Assembly (NCBI GenBank): GCA_032718475.1
Contig: JAUCBJ010008463.1
Span: 5,522-69,521 of the forward strand
From: Nemertoderma westbladi
Lineage: Eukaryota; Animalia; Xenacoelomorpha
Reading direction: 5' to 3'
DNA: 64,000 bases
A model generated the notes under the pieces. It was given only the letters and a program-made list of their open reading frames with translations, was not told the DNA's origin and made no database searches. The position numbers and the translations under genes were made by a program. Shown in pieces: positions 60,678 to 64,000 of this stretch; position 1 is the stretch's first letter, and every line of letters begins with the position of its first letter.

Positions 60678-63600
60678 TGTTAATCTAGTTCTGTTTATTT
60701 ACTATTTCTGATTACAGATAATAATTATTATAGCACTTTCTCATCGGTACCGATAACACAGTAATTACTAATTCAAATCTCCCGCTCATATCAAATGTAC
60801 TATTAACCAACTATAACAAGCTCCCCCTATTTTCTAAATAATTATAAAAACAAAAAATAATAAGTTCCTTACATCCACAAATCAATCTAAAATTTAAACA
60901 TACCAAATTATTTAACTAGAATAATATTCCGAAATAATTGCACAAGCCGAAATAATTACACAAGCTTCGACCCTTATCAAAAAAAAATAATAATAATAAT
61001 TGAACCACTTCTTGAATCAAATAGAGAAATCCACTCTGACAATTTTGTCCTATAAATTAATTGAGTATCAACCACCACCTGAAAAATATACATAATTACA
61101 CTCAAAAATTAAAATATTATTCAAAAGTCCTTGTTATTGTTATTGTCACCGCCTAAATGTCAACTTTCGGTTTAGAAAAAATTTAATTGATTGTTATTGA
61201 ACCTGGCCGACTTTCGGAGGGCGTATTTTAGATTACCAGTATTTGCACCTTGTTTAGTCAGACAATTTGCAAGTTGATGGCGTTCTGGAACCCACTTTAC
61301 GTCCTTAATCTCACCTCTCTGGATCATCTCTCGTAATATAGCAATATCAATCCGTAATCTTTTGTCCGTTACAGACGTCAATGAGTGTACAGCTTCACAT
61401 AATGACGAATTGTCAGTTATTGCTGTAATTGGAATTTGTTTCATTGAAATGTTCAGCAATTCCATCAGAAATCTAGCATGAAGATATGCACATTCAACAG
61501 CTTCTACCAATTCGACAGTTTCGGCGGCTAAAGAACTCTTAACAACACGTTTAATCCGCTTACTATGCCAAGAGATCAGTGATGCTTTTCCGTTTTTTCC
61601 AAGAAGAAACACCAAATAACCTCCTTGCGATCCACCATCCGGTAAATTCCCAAGACTTGCATCGCTAAAACACAAAATTTCCATACCACTTAAATTTCCT
61701 ACACTATGAAGGTGTATTGCCACATTTTCGGATTTCATCTTTTTTACCGTTTTAATGACCTTCAGAAGATTTCCAACATTTGATTCGCCCACAGAGCATG
61801 CTAATTGGCATGACTCGAAGCAAACATCAACCCGACACTGAGTCGTCGCCCAATTAAGTTGACCTAACAATGAACGATACAGTTTATATTCATCACCACT
61901 CAACATTGCAACTTTGTTCAATGTCCGATTTTGAGGAGTGATTATATCCGGTATTTGTTGTACATATTTTTGTAGATCTATTGTAATGCAAGATCTATCT
62001 TGATTCAAATTTAAACCGAGATATTTCATAGAAACACTAGACTCGTGACTGAAAAGAAACACTTGTCTCAATGACGATATAATGTCATTATCAAAACTTT
62101 GATCTCCAGCCCATAAGAAATCGTCCACATGAATAACGATAATTCCGTGAAGAACACAATCTTTTTGATAATAGAAAACAGCAGGATCAAACTGTGATGT
62201 ACAAACTTTTAGTTTTTCAAGCTCAGAGACAACTCGCAGATACCATTTACGCCCAGACTCATTTAGTCCATAAACACAATGATTTAAACGCCACAATTGA
62301 TCTGATTTAGCCTCTTTTGGTGGCTTTAAAAAAACTTCACGATCCATTGGCATACCTTGTAAATATGCACTTTTAATATCAAGTACATTTAATTTCCAAT
62401 GTAAAGATGATATTATTACTAAACAAATACGCAGAGATTCCTTGTAGCATGTGGGAGATTCTGTTTTCGGATTACCAATGTCCTCAAAACCTCTAGCAAC
62501 TAGTCGAGCCTTTAATGTAAACTTATCACCAATAAGTTTTTCTGTTAAAACCCACTTAGTAGATATCGAATATTGACCATTATCTGGAACTTCCACATAA
62601 GTGTTCATCTCTTGCCATTTTCTTAGTTCATCCTGTTTGGGTTTATCGAACCGTTCATTATCATCACATAAACGATGTTCTTCTGAGTAATATGTAGTCC
62701 CACTCACAAACTCAGCCGAACTCTCCCCACGTATATCTTCAAACCTTTCTGTTGCAGGTGACTCTGAATGTTCACTCTCTACTGCACCATTATCAACATT
62801 CCAATCTTTTATTTCATCTCGGAAACTTTTGCTACACTGTGTACCATCATTGTTCTGTATATTCATGAAATGCCAATATTTACCTGATGCTTTACCTGCT
62901 CTTCCGAGCACAGTTGCATTTTTCCACTCATTTGAACTATTGTCAAAATATTTAATTACATCATTCCGTTTCGGCAAGATCGTCTGCATTTTCACTACTG
63001 GATTTTTATTTGAAGAATTACTAACATCTTCAATTGCATCTTCGATAACAACCTGATGTTGAGACCTTCCTGTATCACTATCATCACTTGATGAGTCATC
63101 ATTATTTTGTTCCGACTGCGCTTCTACTGAGTCCGGTTTTCGAGAGACGTTTTTGCTAGTTTCCGTTATTTGTTGTTTCTCTTCTGTTAATATCAATCGA
63201 CACGGGTGAACTCTAATGTAATATCCACCATGCTTAACCAAAACAAGCTTATCATCTGTACCAAGCACCCTCGCAGGACCCTTCCAGGACGTGGAATTTA
63301 TCCTTTTATAATAAACTTCATCACCAGCTGTGAAAGTATAATCACTGTATGACCTAGTTCTTCTATTTAAAGCACGTCTCAATTTCTCACAGCTTTCTTG
63401 ATGTATAAAACTTTCTCTCGCTAAATGCAACGCGGTCAGGTTGTTTCTCACTACATCACTAATTACAGTTTCATTATTAGCTGGCAACCTGTTCTCAGAA
63501 CTAGATGGAAAGCTAGGGTTTCTTCCAAACACTAGTATATTTGGTGTGAAACCATAAACATTGATGAGTGAGTTCTTTGCAGCAATTGCCCATTGAATAG

Positions 63601-64000
63601 CAATGTTTAAGTCAAGAGAAGCTTGAAATAGTACTTTTTCAACACATGATGCCAATATACCATTGTGTCTTTCGACCAAACCATTTGACCAAGGGCTCTC
63701 CGCTGCTGTAGACTTTACTCGTATATTGAACTGTTCACAAAATTCTCTAAATTCTTCATTGTTGAATTCTCCACCATTATCAGAGAGAAACTTAGCAGGA
63801 GAACCGAAAATTCGAATCCAATATTCAAATAGTTTCTTGACGATCGTCTCTTTCCTTTTGTTGTCAATTGCTACAGCTTGAGCATATCTGGTGACATGAT
63901 CAATCATATGCAAAATATGAATTCCCGGTCTGATCTCTTTCAGGTCCATCGCAACTGTCTCGTTAAAAGTTGTTGCTAATGGAAATCCAACAATGGGTTT
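60678..64000 (-). mobile_element. Ty1/Copia LTR retrotransposon (GalEa-like), 3' part; 3' LTR 60678-60818, PPT 60819-60834
   Basis: Minus strand AAAATAGGGGGAGCT then TGTTATAG...TTAACA; abuts the RTE coding sequence. Confidence 0.9.
61172..64000 (-). CDS. Copia Pol (IN-RT-RNase H), continues beyond the window
   Basis: SDNGGEF/NGLVER integrase before KARLVARGFE, HVDDFLWAG, SDAS..SQGG, LRIDIA, QLANCLTK. Confidence 0.95.
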   Translation of the reverse strand, partial: KPIVGFPLATTFNETVAMDLKEIRPGIHILHMIDHVTRYAQAVAIDNKRKETIVKKLFEYWIRIFGSPAKFLSDNGGEFNNEEFREFCEQFNIRVKSTAAESPWSNGLVERHNGILASCVEKVLFQASLDLNIAIQWAIAAKNSLINVYGFTPNILVFGRNPSFPSSSENRLPANNETVISDVVRNNLTALHLARESFIHQESCEKLRRALNRRTRSYSDYTFTAGDEVYYKRINSTSWKGPARVLGTDDKLVLVKHGGYYIRVHPCRLILTEEKQQITETSKNVSRKPDSVEAQSEQNNDDSSSDDSDTGRSQHQVVIEDAIEDVSNSSNKNPVVKMQTILPKRNDVIKYFDNSSNEWKNATVLGRAGKASGKYWHFMNIQNNDGTQCSKSFRDEIKDWNVDNGAVESEHSESPATERFEDIRGESSAEFVSGTTYYSEEHRLCDDNERFDKPKQDELRKWQEMNTYVEVPDNGQYSISTKWVLTEKLIGDKFTLKARLVARGFEDIGNPKTESPTCYKESLRICLVIISSLHWKLNVLDIKSAYLQGMPMDREVFLKPPKEAKSDQLWRLNHCVYGLNESGRKWYLRVVSELEKLKVCTSQFDPAVFYYQKDCVLHGIIVIHVDDFLWAGDQSFDNDIISSLRQVFLFSHESSVSMKYLGLNLNQDRSCITIDLQKYVQQIPDIITPQNRTLNKVAMLSGDEYKLYRSLLGQLNWATTQCRVDVCFESCQLACSVGESNVGNLLKVIKTVKKMKSENVAIHLHSVGNLSGMEILCFSDASLGNLPDGGSQGGYLVFLLGKNGKASLISWHSKRIKRVVKSSLAAETVELVEAVECAYLHARFLMELLNISMKQIPITAITDNSSLCEAVHSLTSVTDKRLRIDIAILREMIQRGEIKDVKWVPERHQLANCLTKQGANTGNLKYALRKSARFNNNQLNFF

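Overview
AT-rich eukaryotic (probably invertebrate animal) genomic DNA, almost entirely repeats and transposons, with one clear host gene: an intact KIN17 whose CDS is a single exon (20035-21207). It contains three multi-kb satellites (31, 32/33 and 34 bp units, not CRISPR), several long fold-back/MITE elements, a THAP-bearing P/Galileo-like element, RTE- and CRE-type LINE fragments, a truncated Penelope-like element with a hammerhead-like motif, a young intact CsRn1-type Gypsy and a GalEa-type Copia running off the right edge. The most unusual items are: (i) a 15.8-kb BEL/Pao retrotransposon with an extra non-env ORF and a cluster of same-phase splice-donor motifs across its gag/pol junction; (ii) TA-flanked 5-6 bp insertions (TACAGTA, TACCGGTA; also abundant TAGGCCTA) that arm-to-arm comparisons show are insertions and that resemble transposon excision footprints; (iii) an orphan 3.8-kb insert inside the first satellite with promoter-like modules and a tRNA-like head. 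All calls were made by eye; no database searches were run and counts are approximate.
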